Below, piece by piece: positions 7,767 to 16,224 of a stretch of DNA of 44,497 bases (position 1 is the first letter of the stretch; each line of letters opens with the position of its first letter). The stretch spans positions 1 to 44,497 of the forward strand of contig DATLZG010000062.1 of NCBI GenBank assembly GCA_035574095.1. The letters are read 5' to 3'. The notes beneath the pieces are model-generated. The model had not been told where the DNA came from. It searched no databases and saw only the letters and a list, made by a program, of their open reading frames with translations. The DNA comes from Burkholderiaceae bacterium. Lineage in GTDB: Bacteria > Pseudomonadota > Gammaproteobacteria > Burkholderiales > Burkholderiaceae_F. The position numbers were made by a program, and so were the translations under genes.

Positions 7767-8421
7767 GCAAGATGAAGCGGGGACGGATGGCGCGGCCGCC
7801 GGCGCCGGCGGCAAGCCGGCCGGCGCGGCCCCCGCCGGGACCCCCGCGACCGATGGCGGGAAACCCGCCGACGGCAAACCCGCCGGAGAAGCAAAACCGG
7901 AAGGCAAACCGGCCGACGGCGCCAAACCGGCAGCTCCCGCCGTACCCGACAAGTACGAGCTCAAGCTGCCCGAGGGAGCGCTGCTGCAACCCGCCGCGAT
8001 CGAGAGGACAGCCGCCACCGCAAAGGCGCTGGGACTCTCCCAGGAGAACGCCCAAAAGGCGCTCGACTTCGCGCATGGGGAGGTCAAGGCCTACCACGAC
8101 AGTTTGCTCAACGACCACCAAGCACGCACCGCCCAGTGGGCCGCCGATGCCAAGGCCGACAAGGTGCTCGCTGGCGAGAAGGGCGATCAGTTCGAGCACC
8201 ACGTTCGCCTCGCCATGAACGCCTTCAAGCATTGGTTCGGCGACGCGCTGGTCAAGGAAATGGAAGCGACAGGTTTCGGCAACCACCCAGCGGTGCTACG
8301 CGGTTTCTTGAAAATCGCGCAAGCCATGGCCGACGACAAATTCGTCACCGGAAACCAGGGCGGCACGCCGCCCGCACGAGACGCCGCGACCGTACTGTAC
8401 GGCGGCGACTCGACCCCGTAA
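7756..8421 (+). CDS. scaffolding protein (putative)
   Basis: 221 aa between portal and capsid genes, with a Pro/Ala/Lys-rich low-complexity N-terminus and a helical charged remainder. Confidence 0.55.
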   Translation: MWTKQDEAGTDGAAAGAGGKPAGAAPAGTPATDGGKPADGKPAGEAKPEGKPADGAKPAAPAVPDKYELKLPEGALLQPAAIERTAATAKALGLSQENAQKALDFAHGEVKAYHDSLLNDHQARTAQWAADAKADKVLAGEKGDQFEHHVRLAMNAFKHWFGDALVKEMEATGFGNHPAVLRGFLKIAQAMADDKFVTGNQGGTPPARDAATVLYGGDSTP

Positions 8422-8442
8422 CCCAACGCAGGAGATCTGCAA

Positions 8443-9594
8443 ATGAAATGGCTACTGAATCCGCGTGCGCAGATGACGATATTTGTGCTCGTCGCGAGCG
8501 CGCTGACGTTCACCGGTCAGGCATTCGACCCGACCGGTCTCGGTATCTCTATCGGCATCCTCGGTGCCACGCTCGGCGCCACGGTCGCGACACTCGCCGA
8601 TTGGGCCAAGCGGCTCGATCCCGACGGCAAAGTCCCGACCATCGTCGAGCTGCTGTCGCAGACGAACGACATCCTGAAGGACATGTTGTACAAAGAGGGG
8701 AACTTGCCAACCGGCGAGCGCGTCACGGTGCGCACCGGCCTGCCGACCGTAGCGTGGCGGCTGCTCAACCAGGGCATCGCCACCAGCAAATCGACGACCG
8801 CGCAGGTCGACGAGCACGCCGGCATGCTCGAAGCGTTCAGCGAGGTCGACAAAGATCTCGCGGAGCTGAACGGCAACACCGAGGCGTTCCGACTCTCCGA
8901 GGCACAGGCGTTCATCGAAGCGATGAACCAGGAAATGGCCTCGACGCTGATCTACGGCAACAACGGCACGGCGCCGGAGGAGTTCCTAGGATTCGCACCG
9001 CGCTACGCGTCGCTCTCGGCAACCAACGCGCAGAATATCCTCTCCGCCGGCGGCGTCGGCAGCGATAACACGTCGGTGTGGCTGGTCGTCTGGGGCGCGA
9101 ACACCGTGTTCGGCGTGTTCCCGAAAGGGAGCAAAGCGGGCTTGGTGCACGAGAACCTCGGGCTGCAAACGGTGCAGACCGGCACCGGTATCGGCACCGG
9201 CCGCATGCGCGCCTACCAGGATCACTGGCAGTGGAAGAACGGCCTGGTGCTCAAGGATTGGCGCTACGCAGTGCGCATCGCCAACATCGACGTGTCCGAC
9301 CTCGTCGCCGCCACCGGCACGCAAGCGGGTTCGGCGTCGACCGAGCTGATCAAGCTCATGGCGCGCGCGATTGACCGCATCCCCGCGATGGGGATGGGCA
9401 AGCCGGTGTTCTACGCCAACCGCACCGTGATGTCGCACCTGCGCATTCAGGCGCTCAACAAGAGCAACAGCGCGGTCGCGTTCTCGGAAGCGATCAACCA
9501 GTTCGGCGAGCGTATCCAAACCGGTCTCACGTTCCTCGGCATCCCGGTGCGGATGGTCGATCAATTGTTAGAAACCGAAGCCGCCGTGACCTAA
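8443..9594 (+). CDS. major capsid protein
   Basis: 383 aa with a strong AGGAG RBS. Position and size fit. The motifs GNLPTG..RTGLP..WR and DWRY..RIANID are recalled from a podophage capsid family. Confidence 0.75.
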   Translation: MKWLLNPRAQMTIFVLVASALTFTGQAFDPTGLGISIGILGATLGATVATLADWAKRLDPDGKVPTIVELLSQTNDILKDMLYKEGNLPTGERVTVRTGLPTVAWRLLNQGIATSKSTTAQVDEHAGMLEAFSEVDKDLAELNGNTEAFRLSEAQAFIEAMNQEMASTLIYGNNGTAPEEFLGFAPRYASLSATNAQNILSAGGVGSDNTSVWLVVWGANTVFGVFPKGSKAGLVHENLGLQTVQTGTGIGTGRMRAYQDHWQWKNGLVLKDWRYAVRIANIDVSDLVAATGTQAGSASTELIKLMARAIDRIPAMGMGKPVFYANRTVMSHLRIQALNKSNSAVAFSEAINQFGERIQTGLTFLGIPVRMVDQLLETEAAVT

Positions 9595-9620
9595 CCGCTA
9601 AACAGCAAAGGAGATTGATC

Positions 9621-10160
9621 ATGAAGTACCTCAAAAATCGTACGGTGCAGCGGCTGGTGCTCGTCGCCGTGGTCGCCGCGGCCGCGGCTCTGGGCTACGA
9701 CTGGACCGCCGCCGGCATTCTGATCGTCGGCGCGATTCTCGATTCGCAGAACCTCTACTCGGATGCGCAAGCGTTGACCGCGACCGCTGTCTCGACCAAC
9801 GTCATCGATCACGGCGCCACCGAGCGGCGCCTGGGCAGCGGCGAGCCGATGGGGGTCCTTATTACGGTCGACGTCGCGCTGGCCGGAACCACGCCGACAT
9901 TCCAGGTTACGCTGCAGTCGGATTCGGCCGATACCTTCCCCTCGCCCGCGACGGTGGCGCAGACCGAGACGTTTTCGACGCTCGCCGCCGGTGCCCAGAT
10001 CGTGCTGCCGGTCCCGCCACGGAAGGCAACCGAGCGCTTCACGCGGCTCAACTACACGCTCGGGGGGACGACGCCGACGATCACCGTTACGGCGGCGCTC
10101 ATGCCGCTGTCGATGATCCCGACGGACGCGATCTACCCTGACGGGTTCGCGATTACGTAA
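9621..10160 (+). CDS. head decoration/cement protein (putative, Bbp16-like)
   Basis: 179 aa immediately after the capsid gene. AAAGGAG sits 7 nt before ATG 9621 (the track starts at TTG 9615). The LYSDAQALTATAVSTNVID segment is recalled from cement proteins. Confidence 0.5.
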   Translation: MKYLKNRTVQRLVLVAVVAAAAALGYDWTAAGILIVGAILDSQNLYSDAQALTATAVSTNVIDHGATERRLGSGEPMGVLITVDVALAGTTPTFQVTLQSDSADTFPSPATVAQTETFSTLAAGAQIVLPVPPRKATERFTRLNYTLGGTTPTITVTAALMPLSMIPTDAIYPDGFAIT

Positions 10161-10212
10161 TAACCGATATGTGGCGGCCAAGGACGGCCGCTGTGTGTTG
10201 AGGAGGTGAACG

Positions 10213-10542
10213 ATGCGAGTACGTGCCAAGGGCAACCCGACCGACGCGACGAAACGGTACGCCGGGTATTACAACTACGTCCGGCGCAAACCGGGCGATG
10301 TGTTCGATCTGCTCGATCCGAAACACTTTTCCGAGAAGTGGATGGAGCGGGTCGATCCGAACGAACCGAAGACGCCGGCGCCGGGCGAACCGACCGCCGC
10401 CGAGATCGCGGCCGAGCAGCGCGGCAAAGTCGAGCACGACCTAGACCGACAAGTGCCGCTCGCGCGTGCTGGCAGCCGCGCGAAATCTGTGGTCGGGCCG
10501 CCGCCGGTTGGCCCGCCGACCGGCAACCAAGAGGTGATCTGA
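10213..10542 (+). CDS. hypothetical protein (109 aa)
   Basis: GAGGAGG RBS; followed by a strong terminator. Confidence 0.55.
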   Translation: MRVRAKGNPTDATKRYAGYYNYVRRKPGDVFDLLDPKHFSEKWMERVDPNEPKTPAPGEPTAAEIAAEQRGKVEHDLDRQVPLARAGSRAKSVVGPPPVGPPTGNQEVI

Positions 10543-10556
10543 TAACGCCCCCGTTC

Positions 10557-10583
10557 GGGGCGGCACGCCGCCCCATTTTTTTT
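10557..10583 (+). terminator. Rho-independent terminator
   Basis: GGGGCGG-CACG-CCGCCCC (7-bp GC stem, 4-nt loop), then A and T8. Confidence 0.7.
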
Positions 10584-10596
10584 GAGGAGGTACACG

Positions 10597-10983
10597 ATGG
10601 GCAGCAAGCGCAAGGGCGGCGGGCGCCGCCGGCGGTACGGAACATGGACCTCAAAAACTGACATGGACCTCAAAAACATGCAGCTCTCGAAGGCCGAGAG
10701 CGAAACGATGCTGAGCCCATCGAAGCCGAGTGACGGCCCGCGCTACCCGTACGGTTTACAACTGCATTTGACGACCGAGGTGCTCGACAAACTCGCACTC
10801 GCCGGCCTGCCCGAGGTCGGCGCGACCGTAATGGTACACGCGCGCGCCACCGTCGTGAGCGTATCGCAGCGCGAGGAGCAGGACGGCGACAAGCAAAAGA
10901 CATGTGAGCTGCAGATCACCGATCTCGCGCTCGCGCCTGAGCCAAAGGACGGCGACCTGGCGCGCGCGCTCTACGGCGCATGA
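10597..10983 (+). CDS. hypothetical virion-module protein (128 aa)
   Basis: GAGGAGG 6 nt before ATG 10597. The track ORF begins 15 nt earlier. Confidence 0.55.
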   Translation: MGSKRKGGGRRRRYGTWTSKTDMDLKNMQLSKAESETMLSPSKPSDGPRYPYGLQLHLTTEVLDKLALAGLPEVGATVMVHARATVVSVSQREEQDGDKQKTCELQITDLALAPEPKDGDLARALYGA

Positions 10984-11570
10984 GCTCTGACGTCGACATC
11001 TGCAACATGGCCCTCGGCCATGTCGGCGTGTCGCGCGAGATTAACTCGCTCACCGAAGGCACGACCGAGGCCGATCAGTGCCGGCGCTATTATGCGCCGA
11101 CGCGCGACGCGATGTTCCGCGATCACGACTGGCCGTTCGCGCAACGCTACGTCACGCTCGGTCTCGTCGCCAATAACCCGAACGATGACTGGGGCTACGC
11201 GTACCGTTACCCGAGCAACTGCGTGCGGCTCGTCAAGTTCGTGCTCGGCGCGCGCGCCAACGTGACACGCGTGCCGTACGAACTCGCGCACGATGATGCC
11301 GGCAAGCTGATCTACACCGACCAGGCGGACGCCGTTGTTAAGATCATCGCGGTAGTCCAGAACAGCGAGCTCTACGATCCGGCGTTCGTGATCGCGTTGT
11401 CCTGGCGGCTCGGCGCCGAACTCGCCATCCCGTTGTCGCGCAGTGAGAAGGAGCGCGACTACGCCTATAAGCGTTACCTGACCGAGTTCGCGGTCGCGCG
11501 CGCCCTGGCCGGCAACGAAACCGGCGCCGACGCGCCGCCAGAGGCCGAGTCGATCCGGGCGAGGGAATAA
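10980..11570 (+). CDS. tail tubular protein A-like (gp11-like adaptor)
   Basis: 196 aa, which as I recall is the length of T7 gp11. ATGA overlap with the upstream gene. It precedes a gp12-sized gene. Confidence 0.55.
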   Translation: MSSDVDICNMALGHVGVSREINSLTEGTTEADQCRRYYAPTRDAMFRDHDWPFAQRYVTLGLVANNPNDDWGYAYRYPSNCVRLVKFVLGARANVTRVPYELAHDDAGKLIYTDQADAVVKIIAVVQNSELYDPAFVIALSWRLGAELAIPLSRSEKERDYAYKRYLTEFAVARALAGNETGADAPPEAESIRARE

Positions 11571-11608
11571 CGCATGTCATCCGGATCACGGCGCTCAGGA
11601 TTTCCGCG

Positions 11609-14062
11609 ATGCCATCCGTGATTCAACGTTCGTTCGCCGGCGGGGAGATCGCCCCGGCACTGCACGCGCGCGCCGATCAAGTCAAATACGCGACGGGGCT
11701 GCGCACTTGCCGAAACTTCGAGATCCAGAAGCACGGCGGAGTCGCGAATCGTTCCGGGTTCCAGTACGTCGCCACCACCGCGCTCAGCGGACGGCGCATA
11801 CGCTTGATCCCATTCGATTTCAGCGATACGCAGACCTATGTCCTCGAGTTCGGCAATTTATATGTTCGCTGGATCACCGCCGGCGCGCGTCTCGTCGTGT
11901 CCGGTGTACCCGCATGGAACAACGCGACGATTTATCAACCGGCCGATCTTGTCGTAAACAACGGCGTCAACTTCTATTGCCGGTTGACCAACATCGCTCA
12001 GCAGCCGCCGAACGCGCTGTATTGGTACCCCTTGCCCGGCAACATCTACGAGATACCGACGACGTATCCCGAGGCCGATCTGCAGGGGCTGCACTTCGTG
12101 CAGTCGGCCGACGTGTTAACCATTACGCACAGGAATCAGCCGCCTCAAGAGCTGCGACGCGAAGGTCATACACGATGGCGATTCGTTGGCATCGACACGA
12201 CCGTCGCCGGGATTGCCGCCCCGGCCACGCCCACGATTACAGCCGGCGCGGCCGGGAGCCTCGGATACGGATATCGGTTAACTGCCGTCGCCGCCAACTA
12301 CGAGGAATCACTGCCATCTGGTTTACAGACCGTGACCTCGGCGATACCAACCGAGTCGGCCCCGAACGTGATTAACTGGACCGCCGTCACCGGCGCGCAG
12401 CACTATCGGATTTACAAAAGCTACGGCGACACGCTGACCGGTTTCATCGGCATCGCGAACGGCACGAGTTTCAAGGACATCGGGCTATCGCCCGACTTCA
12501 GCGTCACCCCTCCGGTCGCCCAAACGCTGTTCAACCAGAGCGGCAACTATCCCGCGACGGTAGGCCAGTTTCAGCAACGCCGGCAGTTTGCGCGCGCCGA
12601 TACGGCGCCCGAGACAATTTGGAACAGCCGCTCCGGCCTGCGCAGCAACTTCACGCTCTCGTATCCGGCGCAGGACGACAATGCCATTACCTTCACGCTG
12701 AGCGGCCGGCGCGTCAACGAGATTCGGCATTTGTTGGAGCTCGATGCGCGTTTCCTCGTGCTCACGACGAACGGCGAATGGGAGATCGAGGGCGACGTCG
12801 ACGGCGTTCTCACACCGGCGCACATCAACCCGCGGCAGTTCGGCCACAACGGCGCGGCCACGGTAATCCCGGCCATCGTCGACGACACGGCGGTGTTCGT
12901 GCAAGCGCGCGGCAACCGCCTGCGCGATCTGCGTTACGAGGTGGTTGACACCGGCGGTAAAACCCAGAGTTACCGCGGGCGTGATCTGTCGGTCTACGCG
13001 GTGCACCTCTTCAAGCGCTACGCCATCACCGAGCTCGCCTACCAGCAACAGCCAAACTCCGTCGTCTGGGCCGTGCGCTCGGACGGCGCGCTGCTCGGTC
13101 TGACCTACGTGCGCGAGCACGACATTTGGGGCTGGCACCGGCACGACACCGACGGCACGGTAGAAAATATCTGCGTGGTGCCCGAAGGCGGGGAGGACGC
13201 GCTCTACGCCGTCATCGCGCGCTTGGTGCCGGCCATATCCCCGACAATCCCGCAGCGCTACATCGAGCGGCTGCACAACCGGCTCGTGACCAACATCGCA
13301 ATCGACGCGTTTTTCGTCGATTCGGGACTCACGTACGACGGTCGGCACACGGCCGGGAACGAGACCATGACGTTGTCCGGCGGCACGACGTGGGACGTCA
13401 CCGAAATCCTGACGCTCTCATGGAGCCCCGGCGCGTTCACCGCCAGCGATATCGGCAACGAGATCGTGTTGCGCGCCGGCGGTGATACATTGCGCCTCAA
13501 GATCGTCGGGTTTACGAGCTTCACGCAAGTTACGGTATCGCCTAGCAAGAACGTGCCGACGGCGTTTCGCAATGTAGCGATCACGAACTGGGGGCGCGCT
13601 GTCGATCGGTTAAGTGGCTTCGGCCACCTGGAGGGTAAGACGCTGGTCGCGCTCGGCGACGGCAGCGTGGAGACCGGCTTAGTCGTCACCGCCGGCGTGA
13701 TTACGCTGTCGCGGCCGTATGAGGTCATTCATGCGGGCCTGCCGTACACCGCCGACCTTGAAACGCTCGACCTCGAGGTCGTCAACGGCCAGACGCTCGC
13801 CGACAAGCAGAAGCGCATCAATCGCGTCACTGTGTTCACCGAGGAGGCGCGCCACCTCAAGGCCGGCGACGACGCCGATCACCTCAAGGAGCTGCCGATA
13901 CCGCCGGATCTATACGCCAGCACGAGCGCGGTGCTGCCCGGCAAGGTCGAGATCGTCCCGACCGCCAGCTGGAACAACCACGGGCGCGTGTTCATCCGCC
14001 ACGACGTGCCGCTGCCGCTGACGATCAACGCCATCGTGCCGACCGGGTTCGTCGGCGGGTGA
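11609..14062 (+). CDS. tail tubular protein B-like (gp12-like nozzle)
   Basis: 817 aa. The N-terminal RSFAGGEIAP...Y..GL..C.NF pattern is typical of podophage tubular B/stabilisation proteins. Confidence 0.6.
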   Translation: MPSVIQRSFAGGEIAPALHARADQVKYATGLRTCRNFEIQKHGGVANRSGFQYVATTALSGRRIRLIPFDFSDTQTYVLEFGNLYVRWITAGARLVVSGVPAWNNATIYQPADLVVNNGVNFYCRLTNIAQQPPNALYWYPLPGNIYEIPTTYPEADLQGLHFVQSADVLTITHRNQPPQELRREGHTRWRFVGIDTTVAGIAAPATPTITAGAAGSLGYGYRLTAVAANYEESLPSGLQTVTSAIPTESAPNVINWTAVTGAQHYRIYKSYGDTLTGFIGIANGTSFKDIGLSPDFSVTPPVAQTLFNQSGNYPATVGQFQQRRQFARADTAPETIWNSRSGLRSNFTLSYPAQDDNAITFTLSGRRVNEIRHLLELDARFLVLTTNGEWEIEGDVDGVLTPAHINPRQFGHNGAATVIPAIVDDTAVFVQARGNRLRDLRYEVVDTGGKTQSYRGRDLSVYAVHLFKRYAITELAYQQQPNSVVWAVRSDGALLGLTYVREHDIWGWHRHDTDGTVENICVVPEGGEDALYAVIARLVPAISPTIPQRYIERLHNRLVTNIAIDAFFVDSGLTYDGRHTAGNETMTLSGGTTWDVTEILTLSWSPGAFTASDIGNEIVLRAGGDTLRLKIVGFTSFTQVTVSPSKNVPTAFRNVAITNWGRAVDRLSGFGHLEGKTLVALGDGSVETGLVVTAGVITLSRPYEVIHAGLPYTADLETLDLEVVNGQTLADKQKRINRVTVFTEEARHLKAGDDADHLKELPIPPDLYASTSAVLPGKVEIVPTASWNNHGRVFIRHDVPLPLTINAIVPTGFVGG

Positions 14063-14080
14063 TTCTGACAGGAGCGTGAT

Positions 14081-14548
14081 ATGGCATTCTCGGCCGCGAT
14101 CGGGTTAACCGCCTTTAGCGGCATCTCCCAATACCAGGCGCAGCGCCGCGCTGGGCGCATGAATCAGCAGCTCGCCGAATACAACGCCGAGCTTGCCGAG
14201 GCAGATGCGCTCGAGGCGACGCGTCGCGGCGGCGAAGGCGCCGCCCGCGCGCAGAGTCAAGCACGGCGCATGATCGGCACCCAGCGTGCCCGCCTCGCGG
14301 CGCAGGGCATCGACATCGAGAGCGGCTCGGCGGCCGACATCCAAGCCGACACCGTGGCCATCAGCGAGATGGACGCGCTGACGCTCCAAAACAACGCCGT
14401 GCGCGAGGCCTTGGGCTACCGTACGAGAGCGCGTGGTTACCGCATTCAAGGCGCCCTGGATCGCGCACGCGGGGACACCGAGGCGCTCGGCACGTTGCTG
14501 ACCACCGGCGCCCGCGCGTTCGGGCTCGGTTACCGCGGTAATTCGTAA
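14081..14548 (+). CDS. internal virion protein (putative)
   Basis: 155 aa; AGGAG RBS; position after the tubular proteins. Confidence 0.5.
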   Translation: MAFSAAIGLTAFSGISQYQAQRRAGRMNQQLAEYNAELAEADALEATRRGGEGAARAQSQARRMIGTQRARLAAQGIDIESGSAADIQADTVAISEMDALTLQNNAVREALGYRTRARGYRIQGALDRARGDTEALGTLLTTGARAFGLGYRGNS

Positions 14549-16224
14549 TGCCGCGCGTCCCCATTGCCGAGCGCCAGATACAGCCGACGGGCCAAGCCGG
14601 GGCGCGGCTCGACGTGCGCGCGCCGGCACTGACGGGCATCGGCCAGGGGCTCGGCACTGTGGCCGAGGTGGCCGAGCGCATCGCCGAAGCCGAAAAGCGC
14701 AAAGGCGATCAGCTCGCCGTGCTCGAGGCCGACCGCCGGCTCGGGGGCATCGAGACGCAACTCCTCTACGACCCGGCACAGGGGGCGCTCACCAAGCGTG
14801 GCAAGGACGCCTTCGCGGCGCCGGAATCGGTGTTGCAGACCTTCGATGAGCAAGTAGGCGAGATTGAGCGCGGCCTCACGAATGACGCACAGCGCCTGGC
14901 GTTTCGCCGCACCGCGACCATGCGCCGCCTCACCATCGACCGCGCGTTGCAGCAGCACGTCGCTGCCGAGATCCGTGCGTACGACAGCGCCGAGACCAAC
15001 GCCTACCTCGCGAATGAGATCGACGCTGGCATTGCCGCTGCCGGTGACGCTGAGCGCATCGAGCTCGCGATCGGTCGTACCCGTGCGGCGATCGTCGACC
15101 ATGCGCGCCGCAACGGCCTGCCGCCCGAGTGGCAGCAGCAGAAAATCGCCGCGACGGCAAGCCAGATCCGCGCCGGCGTCGTCGAGCGGCTGCTCGCGGC
15201 CGGGTCCGATCGGGCGGCGAAAAGCTACTACGAGACGCACCAGGCGGAGATTCTCGGCGGCGAGCGCGCGAAACTGGAAAAAGCGCTCGAAGTCGGCAGT
15301 TTGCGCGGCGAGTCGCAGCGCCAGGCCGACGCGATTCTCCTCGAGCACGGCGAGCTGGCCTCAGCGGTTGAGGCGGCGCGCCAGATCAAAGACCCCGAGA
15401 TCCGCGACGCCGTGACGACGCGAGTGAAGGATTATTTCACCACACGCCGCGCCGCCGAAGAGGAAAAGCGCGCACGGACGTTTCGCGCCGCCGCGCAGGC
15501 GCTCGAGAGGAGCGGCGGGGACTTGCGGGTAGTTACGCCGGCCGATTGGGTGACGCTCGATCCCGGCGAGCGCCGCGCGCTCGAAATCCGCTCGCGCCAG
15601 ATCCGCGAGGGCGTCGAGCCCGTCACGAATTGGGACCGCTACTATGGGTTGCTGTCGATCGCGTCCGATGAGGCGACGCGCGCGCAGTTCCTGCGCCTCG
15701 ACTTGATGCAGTATCGGCATGAATTGTCGGATACCGAGTTCAAGGATCTCGCCGGCAAACAAGCGGCGCTGCGCCAGGGCAAGCAAATCGACGAAGCGCT
15801 CGACGGTTACCGGACCAAGAAACAAATCGTCGACGATGCGCTCAACGCGATCGGGATCGATCCGACGCCGAAGGACGGCACTAAGGACGCCCGGCGCGTG
15901 AACGAATTTCGCCGCCAAGTCGATGGGCATATCCTCGACCTGCAAGCGCGCACCGGGAAGAAAGCCACCACCAAAGAAGTACAGGAGATCGTCGATACGC
16001 TCCTCATCAAGGGCCGGATCCCAGGCAGTGGGTATATCTGGGATACGAGGAAGCGCCTGTATGAGCTCGCGCCGGGCGAGGCCTTCGACGTCGACGTCGA
16101 CGAAATCCCGCGCGCCGAACGGCAGAAGATCGAGGAGGCACTCAGGCGGGGTAATCGGCCGGTGACGCCGGCGGCCATCGTGGAGTTGTTCAAGCTGAAG
16201 CACGTGCGTGAGTCCGCGCCCTGA
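14548..16224 (+). CDS. internal virion protein (putative)
   Basis: 558 aa; TAATG overlap; highly helical and charged. Confidence 0.5.
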   Translation: MPRVPIAERQIQPTGQAGARLDVRAPALTGIGQGLGTVAEVAERIAEAEKRKGDQLAVLEADRRLGGIETQLLYDPAQGALTKRGKDAFAAPESVLQTFDEQVGEIERGLTNDAQRLAFRRTATMRRLTIDRALQQHVAAEIRAYDSAETNAYLANEIDAGIAAAGDAERIELAIGRTRAAIVDHARRNGLPPEWQQQKIAATASQIRAGVVERLLAAGSDRAAKSYYETHQAEILGGERAKLEKALEVGSLRGESQRQADAILLEHGELASAVEAARQIKDPEIRDAVTTRVKDYFTTRRAAEEEKRARTFRAAAQALERSGGDLRVVTPADWVTLDPGERRALEIRSRQIREGVEPVTNWDRYYGLLSIASDEATRAQFLRLDLMQYRHELSDTEFKDLAGKQAALRQGKQIDEALDGYRTKKQIVDDALNAIGIDPTPKDGTKDARRVNEFRRQVDGHILDLQARTGKKATTKEVQEIVDTLLIKGRIPGSGYIWDTRKRLYELAPGEAFDVDVDEIPRAERQKIEEALRRGNRPVTPAAIVELFKLKHVRESAP

